DNA from: Mobula hypostoma
Taxonomy: Eukaryota
DNA length: 64,000 nucleotides
Direction: 5' to 3'
NCBI RefSeq assembly: GCF_963921235.1
Contig: NC_086097.1
Coordinates: 3,038,001 to 3,102,000, forward strand
Every line of letters starts with the position of its first letter. Positions within the stretch are counted from its first letter, which is position 1. This document shows, in pieces, positions 25,770 through 38,510 of the stretch. Made by a program: the position numbers and the translations under genes. The notes under the pieces were generated by a model, which worked only from the letters and a program-made list of their open reading frames with translations, was not told where the DNA came from and made no database searches.

Positions 25770-26500
25770 GACTAAATGCTATGTTTGACATAAGCCGAAC
25801 ACCACACATCATCAAAAACACACCATCCCTACCGTGAAGCATGGTGGTGGCTGCATCATGTTGTGGGGATGCTTCATTGCAGCAGGCTCTGGAAGGCTTG
25901 TAAAGGTAGAGGATAAAATGAATGCAGCAAAATACAGGGTAATCCCAGAGGAAAACTTGGTGCAGTTTGCAAGAGAACTGCGACTTGGGAGAAGATGTGT
26001 TTTCCAGCAAGACAATGACCCCAAGCATAAAGCCAAAGCTATAGAGGAGTGGCTTAAAAACAACAAAGTTAATGTCCTGGAGTGGACAAGTCAGAGTCCA
26101 GACCTCAAACCAGTTGAGAATTTGTGGCTGGACTTGAAAAGGGCTGTTCACTCACTATTCCCATGCAACCTGACAGAACTTGAGCAGTTTTGTAGAGTGG
26201 GAAAAATTGCAGTGTTCATACGTGCAAAGCTGATAGAGACCTATCCACACAGACTCAAGGCTGTAAATGCTGCCAAGGGTGCATCTACTAAATACCGACT
26301 TGAAGGGGATGAACACTTATGCCATCAATTATTTGTAATTGATGTAGATCACTTTGTAACGATCTGTTTTCGCTTTGACACAAGAGTCTTTTTCTGTTGA
26401 TTAACGTTCAAGAAAACAAATTAAACCCACTGTGATTCAAATCTGTGAAAAAATAAAATATGAATACTTTCAAGGGGGTGAATACTTTTTATAGGCACTG
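25770..26500 (+). mobile_element. Tc1 transposon, 3' half (DD34E transposase remnant and right TIR)
   Basis: KHGGGCIMLWGCF...FQQDNDPKH...QSPDLKPVENLW with 34 residues between D and E; ends tactttttataggcactg followed by TA. Confidence 0.93.
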
Positions 26501-26561
26501 TATGTGCATCAGGCAATCTCTCCCTCTGTGGAGGGAGATGTCATTCACGGTGAACAGGACC

Positions 26562-26578
26562 GTCCACTAGATGGCATT
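26562..26578 (+). promoter_or_regulatory. Candidate CTCF site
   Basis: gtCCACTAGATGGCAtt matches the CCASYAGRKGGCR consensus. Motif match only. Confidence 0.4.
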
Positions 26579-27104
26579 CTTTGACCAAGTGGGAAATATG
26601 CACCAATTTTTTTTCCCTCAAGAAACTTGAAACAATAGTTTTACCATTCTGCACCTAAAAATTCAGTTGTAATCATTCTAATTGCATTGAACATTGAGTC
26701 TAATTGAACAGCAAATTTTTATAGCAAATTGAACAGGGCAGCAGCACAAGAATGAGCCTAAGATGCCAATCCAGTTTCTGTCACAGGGTCCACGTCTTCC
26801 ATGTGTCTCTGGAAATACCCTTAAATCAGTGCTGTTTTTCTACCTCCTCTGGCAGCATGTCTGAGGCACCTATCATTCTCTGTGTTTAAAAAAAAGAACT
26901 GCCTCGCACACCTCCTTAAATCCTGCCTCACACATCTCACTCAAACTTTCCTCACCCTGCCTTAAATCGTTGCCCTCTGGTATTTGACGTATCAATTCTG
27001 TGAAAATGAATCTCTATTCTGTCTGTGCCTCTCAGATTTTTACATACTAACAGGTACTATCGGTATATTTTATATATTTTATATGCTACATTCTCATCTC
27101 TCTG

Positions 27105-27368
27105 TTTATTTATTTACAGAAACAGTGTGGAATAGGCCTTTCTGGCCCACCGCCCAGTAACCCAACTGTTTAACTGTATCCTAACCCTAGAACACAGAAC
27201 AATTTACATTGACCAATTAACTACTAACTGGTACGTCTTGGAGTGTAGAGCACCCGGAGGAAACCCATGAGAGAACATATAAACCCCTCACAGAGGGGAT
27301 TGCAACTTAATTCTGAACTCCTACGCCCCAAGTTGTAATAGCATCATTCTAACTGCTACGCTACCATG
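27105..27368 (-). mobile_element. V-SINE/HE1-like SINE
   Basis: (ttta)n tail, gagcacccggaggaaaccca core, tRNA-like head. Confidence 0.75.
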
Positions 27369-27854
27369 CAACCGGTTGAGATAACTGAAACTATGAATTT
27401 AATGTTAACACAATCTTCTTGGTTTCTTGGCACAGCTGGATTAACATTTAGGTTCTGTATTTAGTTCTATAATCGGACTTGTGTTTTACTGGCTCTCTGG
27501 CAGTGGAGCACCTGTCCATTTGCTCCACTTTGATCACAACATTCAGCAGTGAAATACTAAAATACTGAGCTAAGTTCAGCCCTTCAGTGTTATGCCCAGG
27601 ACACTGATGAATGATACGCCACTCCTTCCTTTGAAAATTTGTTTGTCAGTTGAATCAGATTGCTCACTCTGAATAAAAAAGATAAATCATTTAATTGTTT
27701 TATCTTGCTGGTTTTAATTATGTTCCAATAAAATCTATTTGGACTACAAGAGTTATTTAAAAACACAAAAAAACCATTGATAGTGGAGTTCTGGGAGTGG
27801 TGTCACAGCAGGCACTGTCTGAGGCCTAGTTGTAGTTTGCCACCTGTTCCTCTT

Positions 27855-28186
27855 CAAATTACCTCAACCATCAGGCTTTTGAACCAGATGGAATAACCTC
27901 ACTCAATTTCACTCACCGCAACAATGAACTGTTCCCACAACCTATAGACTCACTTTCAAGAACTCTTCACCTCATGTTTTAGGTTTTTTGATACTTCATT
28001 ATTTTTCTTTTTGTATTTGCACAGTTTGTTGTCTTTTGCACAATGGCTGTTTGTCCATCCTGTTGGATGTGGTTTTTCATTGATTCTGTTGTGTTTCTTT
28101 CATTTACTATGATTGCCCACGAGGGTGGTATATATATGGTGACATATATGCATTTCGATAATAAATTTACTTTGAACCTTGAACTT
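27855..28186 (+). mobile_element. Rex1-type 3' UTR fragment (similar at ~21720-21945)
   Basis: Ends gataataaatttactttgaacc; reverse complement of 49270-49560. Confidence 0.65.
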
Positions 28187-28286
28187 GTAAACATTTGTTA
28201 AGTCACATATGTAGTCTATTTTACTGGCTTTCCTAACTTTTAGTGTATTAAGTGTACTTATGGAATGTTTGATAATGTTTTTGTAG

Positions 28287-28469
28287 GTTATGGATTACAA
28301 CATTAGCTTGGGCAACCAGCTCCTCCCACTGGTGGTGCAGGTGCTGAAGTATTGCACCTGCCCACAGCTGCGCCATTACTTTCAGCAGCCTCCGCGGTGT
28401 TCTCTTTGGACTCTGAAACCTCACATACGACAGATGTGGCTGAAGTCATTGCTCGTGATCCTGTACAAG
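28287..28469 (+). CDS. unc79: UNC79 internal exon F (183 nt, phase 0 to 0)
   Basis: ttgtag|GTT acceptor and AAG|gtagaa donor. Encodes VMDYNISLGNQLLPLVVQVLKYCTCPQLRHYFQQPPRCSLWTLKPHIRQMWLKSLLVILYK. Confidence 0.95.
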
Positions 28470-29874
28470 GTAGAATTATTATCTTAAAATATACAGTACA
28501 GATTTGGCTTGAGAGATATGCCAATGCAAAGTAATGCTTGATAGAATCTTATCATGAGGAAACTAAAACTGTTTGTATGTAAACTTTATGTGATGCACAA
28601 ATATAACTGAAGTAGCCTGACTGATTAAAATGACCAGGTTGCAAGTTTTTTTAACTGTGTGGTATTAGTTAGGATTACATAGAATTTTCACTGCAGGAAT
28701 TGAACTCAGCTGCCAACTGGACTCTATTGTGAAGAAGCAAAGGCGAGACCTGTAAAATGAGGCTGTAGACTAAACGCCTGGACACATTATCCAACAGAAT
28801 TATTTGAAGAAGTTCACATGATTTCTCAGTGTTTGGTGTTTCAGCCAATATTTACTTTTCAACTAATCACACTAAAGCAGATTAAGTAGTAGAGGCCAGC
28901 TTACTGGCTCCAAATAAAAAAAGGGAAAATTATAATACAATTTAATTTTATATGGAAAGAAGTATTTGTTCTGACTGCTGTTATTTTGAGTGAAAGCAAT
29001 TAACTGTAGAATACCATTTAAAATAAATGTGATGATAGGAGCTTTATGAACATGTATTAAAAGAATTAAGAGGAAAAATATATTATTTGTTCTGGCAATC
29101 TGTAGTTATGCTGACAGGAAAATTATCAGTGTTTATTTGTGTTATGCTATGTGTTATGGCAAGCCAAAACAATCAGCACCTAGTGGTCAGCTGAAACCAA
29201 TCCCAGGCTGATGTTCAGTGATTGGCCTTCGTCCCAATCAAGTACTCAGTTGTTCTGGTTAAACCATTTAATAGTTGTACAGGGAGGGTGAGTTTGAGTT
29301 GACTTGAATTTTGAGGATGATGTAGTTTTACCAAGCAAAGGGTTATTTCGAATTCCAGCTTGTTCTATTGTCTGGCTTGAATGCTCATCAGTAGTTAGGG
29401 AGGAGAGTGAATACAACACCATGTAACTGACAGCATTCAGGTGCAGCTTAATTGTGAAGATCAGCGTATTGCTGCCTCCTGATTCTTAACAGGGTGCAGT
29501 ATTATTAGTTTTCTCCAGAATAAACTTTAAAAATCAGACACATTTTAGATAGTTATGATTTCAGAAATAAATACCTTAAAAATTAGAAATTAATTTTAAT
29601 GGCCATAATTACTGTCCAATGCAACACACACAAAATACTGAAGGAACCCAGTGGGTCAGGCAAAATCTACGGAAAAGAATAGATAGTTGATGATTTGGGC
29701 CAGGACGCTTCATCAGTACTGACCAATAAACTCTCCAGTTCTAAATAAGGTCTTTTGCATGTATTGTTACTTTCTGTGGTAATTTCTTCCAAATTTAAAC
29801 AAATGTTTCTTATTTTATTTCTGCTTCTGTCTTTTCAATCTTTATTTTGCACTCTGTACTATAGTTAACATGTG

Positions 29875-31467
29875 CAGTGGATTCTGGATCACTGGGCCAT
29901 CAGTCAATCAGGGCAGCTGCTTATTTGGGACATCTCTTAAAGCACAAAAACAAATTGAGAAAATATCTAGGATTCCCTTTGTTTATTTGGAACACTATTC
30001 CACATAATTGCACCAGGAGCCTGTTGCTGAACATTTTCCAACTCGTGCCAGTGAGTGCGTGTCATTTGGCTGTCAAACACTACACTGTGCTTACAGCGAA
30101 CAGTTTTTAAATAGAATCAGTTGCATGTGTTTGTGTTCAAACAGCAGCAGTTTTTGTCACTGATAGTTAGTGAAAAATAGGCAGTATGATAATTTGGAAC
30201 TGTTTTGCTCGCTGCGGTCTCAAGCACTCAGGCTTGGAGATGCTAGGAACGGTAGTGAGTAAAAATGAAATGATCTTACTCTTTCAATAAGTTAGTAACT
30301 GTGAAAAATTTGAAGGCATGTCAATTGTCTTGAATATTACAATGAAAATGAAGATTTGGATGATGTCATTGTCAAAAGCATTGTATGAATGCAGTCCATT
30401 ATCTACACTAGGTGTCTGCACTGATTTTGTTCATTTATAATCAATGAAAAAAAACATGGCAGAGTACACTGGATGAATTCCTCTGTCGATAACTATTAGG
30501 AACTAATACAAAGTTTTATAGTATTGTTGTAGTTTTGGTAGTGTTCTAATTCTGTATTTCAAAGGTTTCAAAGGTACATTTACTGTCAGAGAAATGTATA
30601 CAATATACATCCTACAATGTTTTTTCTTTGCAAACATCCATGAAAATAGAGGAGTGCCCCAAAGAATGAATGACAGTTGAATGTTAGAACCCCAAAGTTC
30701 CCCCCCGCTACCCCCCCCGTATGTAAGCAGCAGCAAACAACAATCCCCCCTCCCCCCAGCAACAAAAAAAAGCATCAGCATCCGTCGCCGAGCACTCAGG
30801 CGTGAGCAAGCAACAGTAAAGACACAGACTTGTAGTTACCCCAAAGACTTTGCGTTTCACCTGGTATTCGACATGCCACAGGCTCGCTCTCTCTCCCTAA
30901 TAAGGGAGAAAGGTGTCTCTGTTTTCACGGTGAATGGGAAGACATAACAAACAACAGCTGGTTTGTGATGTTAAAAGTCTGCCACGTCGTTTTTTTCGAG
31001 CTCTGCCCAAAGATCCACAAGTCTCTGGGCACGCAGCCACAGATAGTCTGACTACCCCGACGACACACGGGTCTCCTGTCATGACACCGACCCTCGATCA
31101 CCTGTCTCCAGAGCCCCGCGATCCTAGGCTTCCAAAGCCAAGCCAAGTACTTAGGCTGAGCCCTTAGCATGCCAAACAACAACCACCGGTTATAAAACCT
31201 CAAGAGCGGGTCCCATTCCCGCAAAGAACTGTAGTCAGCGTGTAGCTCCAGGTCAGGGTCTTCAAAAGAACCCTGAAAGGGAAAAATTAAGATATTAAAG
31301 ATGGAAGGGCTTTCATTTAAATACATAATTTGTTACTCAATTAAATGGCAGTTTGTCTTTTTATACCTTTTCAACTATTTCCATGAAACTTCAGCTAATT
31401 TGAGCAGTTGCTTAATTGGGCCATAATGTACTGGTCCTGATGTGTCCCCATTAACTGGAATCCACTG
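29875..31467. mobile_element. Tigger/pogo-like non-autonomous DNA transposon with a nested insertion
   Basis: Imperfect TIRs cagtggattctgg...ggg at 29875 and cccattaactggaatccactg followed by TA at 31467. Confidence 0.65.
30558..31305 (-). mobile_element. Non-coding retroposon with a Rex1-like 3' tail
   Basis: CpG-rich body; - strand ends attaaatgtacc-like signal followed by a tttgaaacctttgaa tail. Confidence 0.5.
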
Positions 31468-31839
31468 TATTAGATAATAGTTAGCATATTTTTTAGTTTG
31501 GTGATTTTCTATCTATAAGAGCTCCTCGTTATAATGAGATGCTTAGTATTTATGGAATATCAGAAGCTATGGGGTTGATATAAAAACAGGAAGTGCTCAA
31601 CATGGTAGGCAGCATCTGGAGGGAGAGAAACCGAGTCAGTAACATTGGGCTGATTCCTGTCAGAAACCAGTGTTGGAAGAGAGGAAGTCTCAACTTTGGG
31701 CGTAGGTTTAGCTTTGGATAGCTTTCTTCAAATTCTGGGTGAGTGCAGTTGTTTTGTTGCTGAACAGAAAGTTCAGCTGTTTATTTTGAGATGTGTGCAT
31801 TTCTTTCACTACTTCTGCTAATGTTATTGTTTTTTTTAG

Positions 31840-32002
31840 TATCCCTACAGAGACTCTGATATCAGCAAGATTATATTGCATCTGATCCATATCACAATTA
31901 ATACCCTAAATGCTCAGTACCACAGCTGTAAGCCTCACCCTACTGCTGGACCCCTGTATAGTGATAACAGTAATATTAGCAAGTACAGTGAAAAAGAAAA
32001 AG
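31840..32002 (+). CDS. unc79: UNC79 internal exon G (163 nt, phase 0 to 1)
   Basis: ttttag|TAT acceptor and G|gtaaga donor. Encodes YPYRDSDISKIILHLIHITINTLNAQYHSCKPHPTAGPLYSDNSNISKYSEKEK. Confidence 0.95.
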
Positions 32003-32009
32003 GTAAGAT

Positions 32010-32280
32010 TTATTTAGTTATTTATTGAGATACAGCATGGAATAGGCCCTACATGCCCTTCAAGCCGTGCTGATGACACCCCCCAATTTAACCCGAATGG
32101 GACAATTAACAATGACCAAATAACCTACCCAGTACGCTTTTAGACTGAGCGGAAACTGGAGCATCTGGAAGAAACCCACGTATTCCACGGGGAGAATGTA
32201 CAGACAATGTCAGAATTGAACTCTGAACCCCAAACTGCACCACAAGCTATAATAGCACCATACTGACCACAATGTTACTG
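32010..32280 (-). mobile_element. V-SINE/HE1-like SINE immediately after exon G
   Basis: Same layout as 27105-27368. Confidence 0.7.
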
Positions 32281-33254
32281 TATTAATTCCCATTTCCACA
32301 ACCTATGGACTCACTTTTTTTTAACATGTTCTCAATATTATTTATTAGTTATTTATCCATTGTTGTTTTACTTTATGTATTTGCACAATTTGTTGTCTTC
32401 ACATTGGGCTGGGTTAATCACCATCTGCCATTTCTCCACCTATATCTGTAACTGATCTATATTCCGCTGTATTCTTTACCAGTCACTTATGCTGTCCACA
32501 GCATAACGAATCTTTGTATCATCTGCAAACTTACTAACCGATACCCTATAAATTTTCATCCAGGCCATTTATATACATCACAAACAGCAGAGGTCCCAGC
32601 ACAGGTCCCTGCAGAACACCACTTATCACAGACCTCCCAGCTAGAATAAGTCTCTTCGAGCATTACCTTCTGACTTCTATGGGAAGCCAATTCTGAAACT
32701 AAATGGCTAAAGCACCATTGATCTCATACATCTTAATCTTCTGGATGTAGCTTGTAAACGCCGTACGAAAATCCATGTAGACAACATCTCTGGCTCTACT
32801 TCCATCAAAATTTCTGCTCACCCTGTCAAGTAAACTCAGTCAGGTCAGTAAGGCATGACTAAGCCACGCCGATTCTCCCAAATTAGCGTATGATTTTCCA
32901 AATGCTCATAAATCCTGTCCCTAAGAATTCTGTCCAATCCCTTCTCTATCATGTTGAATATTACGGTACAGATATTGTTCCCTTTTTATCAGTCCATGAC
33001 ATTGTACATTGGAGGTTCCCAATCTGGAGTCCATGGACTCCTCAGTTAATGGTAGAGGTCCATGGCATAAAGAAGTTTGTGAACCACTGTTGTATTTGTG
33101 ATGTAGGATATTGTTGTACCTGACTTTATTTGTGAAAAATGAATGTTAGGTAGCCAATTTTCTTTGATGCTCCACTTTCCAATTCAGCAGGTAAAGTAAT
33201 GTCAATCAGTTATTGATAAATCCAGAATGCTACAGTATGTCTGCGGAGTAATAT

Positions 33255-36112
33255 GAACACAGAACATAGAATAGTACAGCACAGCACAGGCCCTTCGGCC
33301 CATAATGTTCTGCTGACCATTAAACCCTGCCTCCCATATAACCCCCCCACCTTAAATTCCTCCATATACCTGTCTAGTAGTCTCTTAAACTTCACTAGTG
33401 TATCTGCCTCCACCACTGACTCAGACAGTGCATTCCACACACCAACCACTCTCTGAGTAAAAAACCTTCCTCTAATATCCCCCTTGAACTTCCCACCCCT
33501 TACCTTAAAGCCACGTCCTCTTGTATTGAGCAGTGGTGCCCTGGGGAAGAGGCGCTAGTTATCCACTCTATTTATTCCTCTTAATATCTGTATCATGTCT
33601 CCTCTCATCCTCCTCCTCTCCAAAGAGTAAAGCCCTAGCTCCCTTAATCTCTGATCATAATCCATACTCTCTAAACCAGGCAGCATCCTGGTAAATCTCC
33701 TCTGTACCCTTTCCAATGCTTCCATATCCTTCCTATAGTGAGGCGACCAGAACTGGACACAGTACTCCAAGTGTGACTTAACCAGAGTTTTATAGAGCTG
33801 CATCATTACCTCGCAACTCTTAAACTCTATCCCTCGACTTATGAAAGCTAACACCATATAAACTTTCTTAACTACCCTATCTACCTGTGAGGCAACCTTC
33901 AGGGATTTGTGGACACGTATCCCCAGATCCCTCTGCTCCGCCACACTTCCAAGTATCCTGCCATTTACTTTGTACTTTGCCTTAGAGTTTGTCCTTCCAA
34001 AGTGGACCACCTCACGCTTCTCCAGGTTGAACTCCATCTGCTACTTCTCAGCCCACTTCTGCATCCTATCAATGTCTTTCTGCAATCTTCAACAATCCTC
34101 TACACTATCCACAACACCACCAACCTTTGCGTCGTCTGCAAACTTGCCAACCCACCCTTCTACCCCCACATCCAGGTCGTTAATAAAAATCAAGAAAAGG
34201 AGAGGTCCCAGAACCGATCCTTGTGGGACACTACTAGTCATAGCCCTCCAATCCGAATGTACTCCCTCCACCACGACCCTCTGCTTTCTGCAGGCAAGCC
34301 AATTCTGAATCCATCTGGCAAAACTTCCCTGGATCCCATGCCTTCTGACTTTCTGAATAAGCCTACCGTGTGGAACCTTGTCAAATGCCTTACTAAAATC
34401 CATGTAAATCACATCCACTGTACTACCCTCATCTATATGCCTAGTCACCTCCTCAAAGAACTCTATTAGGCTTGTTAGACACGATCTGCCCTTCACAAAG
34501 CCATGCTGACTGTCTCTGATCAGACCATGATTCTCTAAATGCCCATAGATCTTATCTCTAAGAATCTTTTCCAACAGCTTTCCCACCTCAGACATAAGGC
34601 TCACTGGTCTATAATTACCCAGACTATCCTTAATACCTTTTTTGAACAAGGGGACGACATTCGCCTCCCTCCAATCCTCCGGTACTATTCCCGTGGACAA
34701 CGAGAACATAAAGGCCTTAGCCAGAGGCTCAGTAACCTCTTCCCTCGCCTCATGGAGCAGCCTGGGGAATATTCTGTCAGGCCCTGGGGACTTATCCATC
34801 CTAATGTATTTTAACAACTCCAACACCTCCTCTCCCGTAATATCGACATGCTCCAGAACATCAACCTCACTTATATTGTCCTCACCATCATCAAGATCCC
34901 TCTCATTGGTGAATACCGAAGAGAAGTATTCATTGAGGACCTCGCTCACTTCCACAGCCTCCAGGCACATCTTCCCACCTTTATCTTGAATTGGTCCTAT
35001 CTTCACTCCTGTCATCTTTTTGTTCTTCACATAATTGAAGAATGCCTTGGGATTTTCCTTTACCCTACTCGCCAAGGCCTTCTCATGCCCCCTTCTTGCT
35101 CTCCTCAGCCCCTTCTTAAGCTCCTTTCTTGCTACCCTATATTCCTCAATAGACCCATCTGATCCTTGCTTCCTAAACCCCATGTATGCTGCCTTCCTCC
35201 ACCTGACTTGATTCTCCATCTCACTTGTCACCCATGGTTCCTTCACCCTACCATTCTTTATCTTCCTCACTGGGACAAATTTATCCCTAACATCCTGCAA
35301 GAGATCCCTAAACATTGACCACATGTCCATAATACATTTCCCTGCAAAAACATCATCCCAATTCACACCTGCAAGTTCTAGCCTTATAGCCTCATAATTT
35401 GCCCTTCCCCAATTAAAAATTTTCCTGTCCTCTCTGATTCTATCCTTTTCCATGATAATGCTAAAGGCCAGGGAGCGGTGGTCACTGTCCCCCAGATGCT
35501 CACCCACTGAGAGATCTGTGACCTGACCCGGTTCGTTACCTAGTACTAGATCTAGTTTGGCATTCCCCCTAGTCAGCCTGTCCACATACTGTGACAGGAA
35601 TCCATCCTGGACACACTTAACAAACTCTGCCCCGTCTAAACCCTTGGAACTAATCAGGTGCCAATCATTATTAGGGAAGTTAAAGTCACCCATGATGACA
35701 ACCCTGTTATTTTTGCACCTTTCCAAAATCTGGCTCCCAATCTGCTCCTCTGTATCTCTGCTGCTACCAGGGGGGGCTATAGAATACCCCCAATAGAGTA
35801 ACTGCTCCCTTCCTGTTCCTGACTTCCACCCATTCTGACTCAAAAGAGGATCCTGCTACATTATCCACCCTTTCTGTAGCTGTAATAGTATCCCTGACCA
35901 GTAATGCCACCCCTCCTCCCCTTTTTCCGCCCTCCCTATCCCTTTTAAAGCACTGAAATCCAGGAATATTGAGAATCCATTCCTGCCCTGGTGCCAGCCA
36001 AGTCTCTGTAATGGCCACTACATCATAATTCCATGTATGTATCCAAGCTCTCAGTTCATCACCTCTGTTCCTGATGCTTCTTGCATTGAAGTACACACAT
36101 TTCAGCCCTTCT
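33255..36112 (-). mobile_element. Young CR1 LINE, essentially whole ORF2 (APE and RT)
   Basis: ORFs 35764-36096 (YFNARSIRN), 34089-35843 (584 aa; GDFNFP, SDH, FADD) and 33555-34037; few lesions. Confidence 0.96.
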
Positions 36113-36151
36113 ACCTTTTATTGACATTTTATTAATTTTTTTCTTGGTCAG

Positions 36152-36301
36152 AAGAAGACAGCGTATTTGACGAATCAGATGTACATGATACCCCAACTGG
36201 AGCTGGAAACAAGGAATCTCAGACCTTCTTTGCAAGACTGAAACGGATTGGGGGGAGCAAATCAGTAAAATATCAACCAGTTGAGATGAATGCGCAGAAG
36301 A
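36152..36301 (+). CDS. unc79: UNC79 symmetric exon H (150 nt, phase 1 to 1; likely cassette)
   Basis: cag|AA acceptor and A|gtaagt donor. Encodes (E)EDSVFDESDVHDTPTGAGNKESQTFFARLKRIGGSKSVKYQPVEMNAQK, in frame with exons G and I. Confidence 0.9.
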
Positions 36302-36789
36302 GTAAGTGTTTATACTTTGCACAAGCAACACATATCTAGACGTGACTATTGAAATGATTCAGGATTAATCCCATCAGATTAGTGAACTTGATATTATGTA
36401 AACTTCCTGCCACCTGCTCACATTCCAGCATTGGTACAGCACTTTTAATCTGGAATGGTTTAGTAACCTGGTTTTGCTAGTCATGTCCCAGATTATTCCT
36501 TGTTATGGAATGTTGGATTCTGATGTTTTTGGATATCAGGAAAGAGGCATAATATCTGTTGCTTCATGATAATTTTATTAAGTGCTAACAGAACAAAGAA
36601 AGTTGGAAACAGACAGTAACAGAAGCAAAGGCTAGCAGCAGAATTGAGAGAAGAAGCAGAGATGGAGCAGCATGCTTAGTGTTTTTTATACCCCATCGAT
36701 TAGAAACATTGACAGTAGAGGAGGCCATGGATGGACATATCAGATTGGGAATGGGACGTGGAATTGAAATGTGTGTGTGTCTACTGTAA

Positions 36790-37352
36790 AGATGAAGCCA
36801 CACTCAGGTTGGAGGAACAACACCTTATATTCCGTCTGGGTAGCCTCCAACCTGATGGCATGAACATTGACTTCTCTAACTTCCATTAATGCCCCTCCTC
36901 CCCTTCGTACCCCATCCCATATATATATATATATATTTTATTTTTTCCCTTTCTTTCTCTTTTTTTCTCCCTCTGTCCCTCTCACTATATCTTTCTCTGG
37001 TGCTCCCCTCCACATTTCTTTCCTCCTAGGCCTCCCGTCCCCTGATCCTCTCCCTTCTCCAGCCTTGTATCCCTTTTGCCAATCAACTTTCCAGCTCTGA
37101 GCTCCATCCTTCCCCCTCCTGTCTTCTCCTATCATTTCAGATCTCCCCCTTCCACTTTCAAATCTCTGACGATCTCTTCTTTCAGTTAGTCCTGACGAAG
37201 GGTCTCGGCCCGAAACGTTGACTGTGCTTCTTCCTGTAGATGCTGCCTGGCTTGCTGCGTTCCACCAGCTGCGTTCCACCAGCATTTTGTGTGTGTTCAC
37301 CAGCAACTTTGATGTATGTTGCTTGAATTTCCAGCATCTGCAGATTTCTTCG
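36790..37352 (+). mobile_element. Penelope-like element 3' end (GIY-YIG C-terminus and terminal repeat)
   Basis: EATLRLEEQHLIFRLGSLQPDGMNIDFSNFH*, pyrimidine-rich UTR, hammerhead motif. Confidence 0.85.
37188..37223 (+). ncRNA. Minimal type I hammerhead ribozyme motif, intact core
   Basis: agtc CTGACGA a gggt ctcg gccc GAAA cg TT gact. Confidence 0.75.
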
Positions 37353-37695
37353 TATATACATACTGTGACCACTAGGAGACACACTGAACAACTGCATATA
37401 CATACTGTGACCACTAGGGGACACACTGAACAAACTGCATATGCACACTGTGACCACTGGGGGACACACTGAACAACTGCATATACACACTGTGACCACT
37501 AGGGGACACACTGAACAAACTGCATATGCACACTGTGACCACTAGGGGACACACTGAACAAACTGCATGTGCACACTGTGACCACTGGGGGACACACTGA
37601 ACAACTGCATATACACACTGTGACCACTAGGGGACACACTGAACAACTGCATATACACACTGTGACCACTGGGGGACACACTGAACAACTGCATA
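37353..37695. repeat. Minisatellite, 42-43 bp x 8
   Basis: Unit actgtgaccact(a/g)ggggacacactgaaca(a)actgcatatacac. Confidence 0.95.
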
Positions 37696-38510
37696 AACAA
37701 GAGAAAATCTGCAGGTGTTGGAAATCCAAGCAACACACACAGAATCCTGGAGGAACTCAGCAGTTCAGGCAGCATCTATGGAAAAGAATAAACAGTGGAC
37801 GTTTCTGGCTGAGACCCTTCATCAGGACTGTAAAGAAAAATGAGAAATTAGAACAAGAAGGTGGGGTGAAACTGAGAGGGGCGGGATGAAATAAAGAGCT
37901 GGGAAGCTGATAGGTGAAAGCGATACAGGGCTGGAGAAGAGGGAATCTGATAGGAGAGGGTAGCTGGCCATGGAAGAAAGGGAAGGGCGAGGAGCACCAG
38001 AGGGAGGTAATGGGCAGGTAAGGAGATGAGGTAAGAGAGGGAAGTGGGGATGGGAAATGGTTTAGGGGGGTCAATTACTGGAAGTTCGAGAAATTGATGT
38101 TCATGCCATCAGATTGAAGGCTACCCAGACAGAATATAAGGTGTTGCTCTTCCTGCTTGGGTGTGGCCTCATTGTGACAGTAGAGAGGACTGTGAACTGC
38201 CGTGTTGGAATGGAATGGAATGGGAAGCAGAATTGAAGTGGGTGGTCGCAGGGAGATTCTGCTTTTTCTGGCAGACAGAGCGTAGATGCTCGGCGAAGTG
38301 ATCTCCCAATCTACGTCGATGTACAGGAGGCCACACCGGGAGCACCAACAGATTTACAGGTGAAGTGTTGCCTCACCTGGAAGTTCTGTTTGGGTCCCTG
38401 AATGAAAGTGAGGGGGGAGGTGTAGGGACGGGTATAGCACTTGTTCTGTTTACAAGGTAAGTACCAGCAGGGAGATCAGTGGGGAGGGATGAATGGACAA
38501 GGGAGTCGGA
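37696..38510 (-). mobile_element. Penelope-like element 3' part (GIY-YIG remnant and terminal repeat)
   Basis: Reverse complement of the 36790-37352 and 39270-40112 family; hammerhead core at 37793-37830 with stem mismatches. Confidence 0.85.

Noticed and set aside
29172..29192. CTCF-like tgaccactaggtgctg (- strand)
   Set aside because: Lacks the conserved GGC; plausible by chance.
34089..35843. Active autonomous LINE (also 7153-8496 and 51854-53341)
   Set aside because: All are truncated, interrupted, or carry stops or frameshifts.
36938..37889. Cys/His-rich repetitive ORFs (CPLVVTVCICSCS, HTVTTGGH)
   Set aside because: Translations of the 42-43 bp minisatellite; likewise 16995-17294 for the 39-bp repeat.
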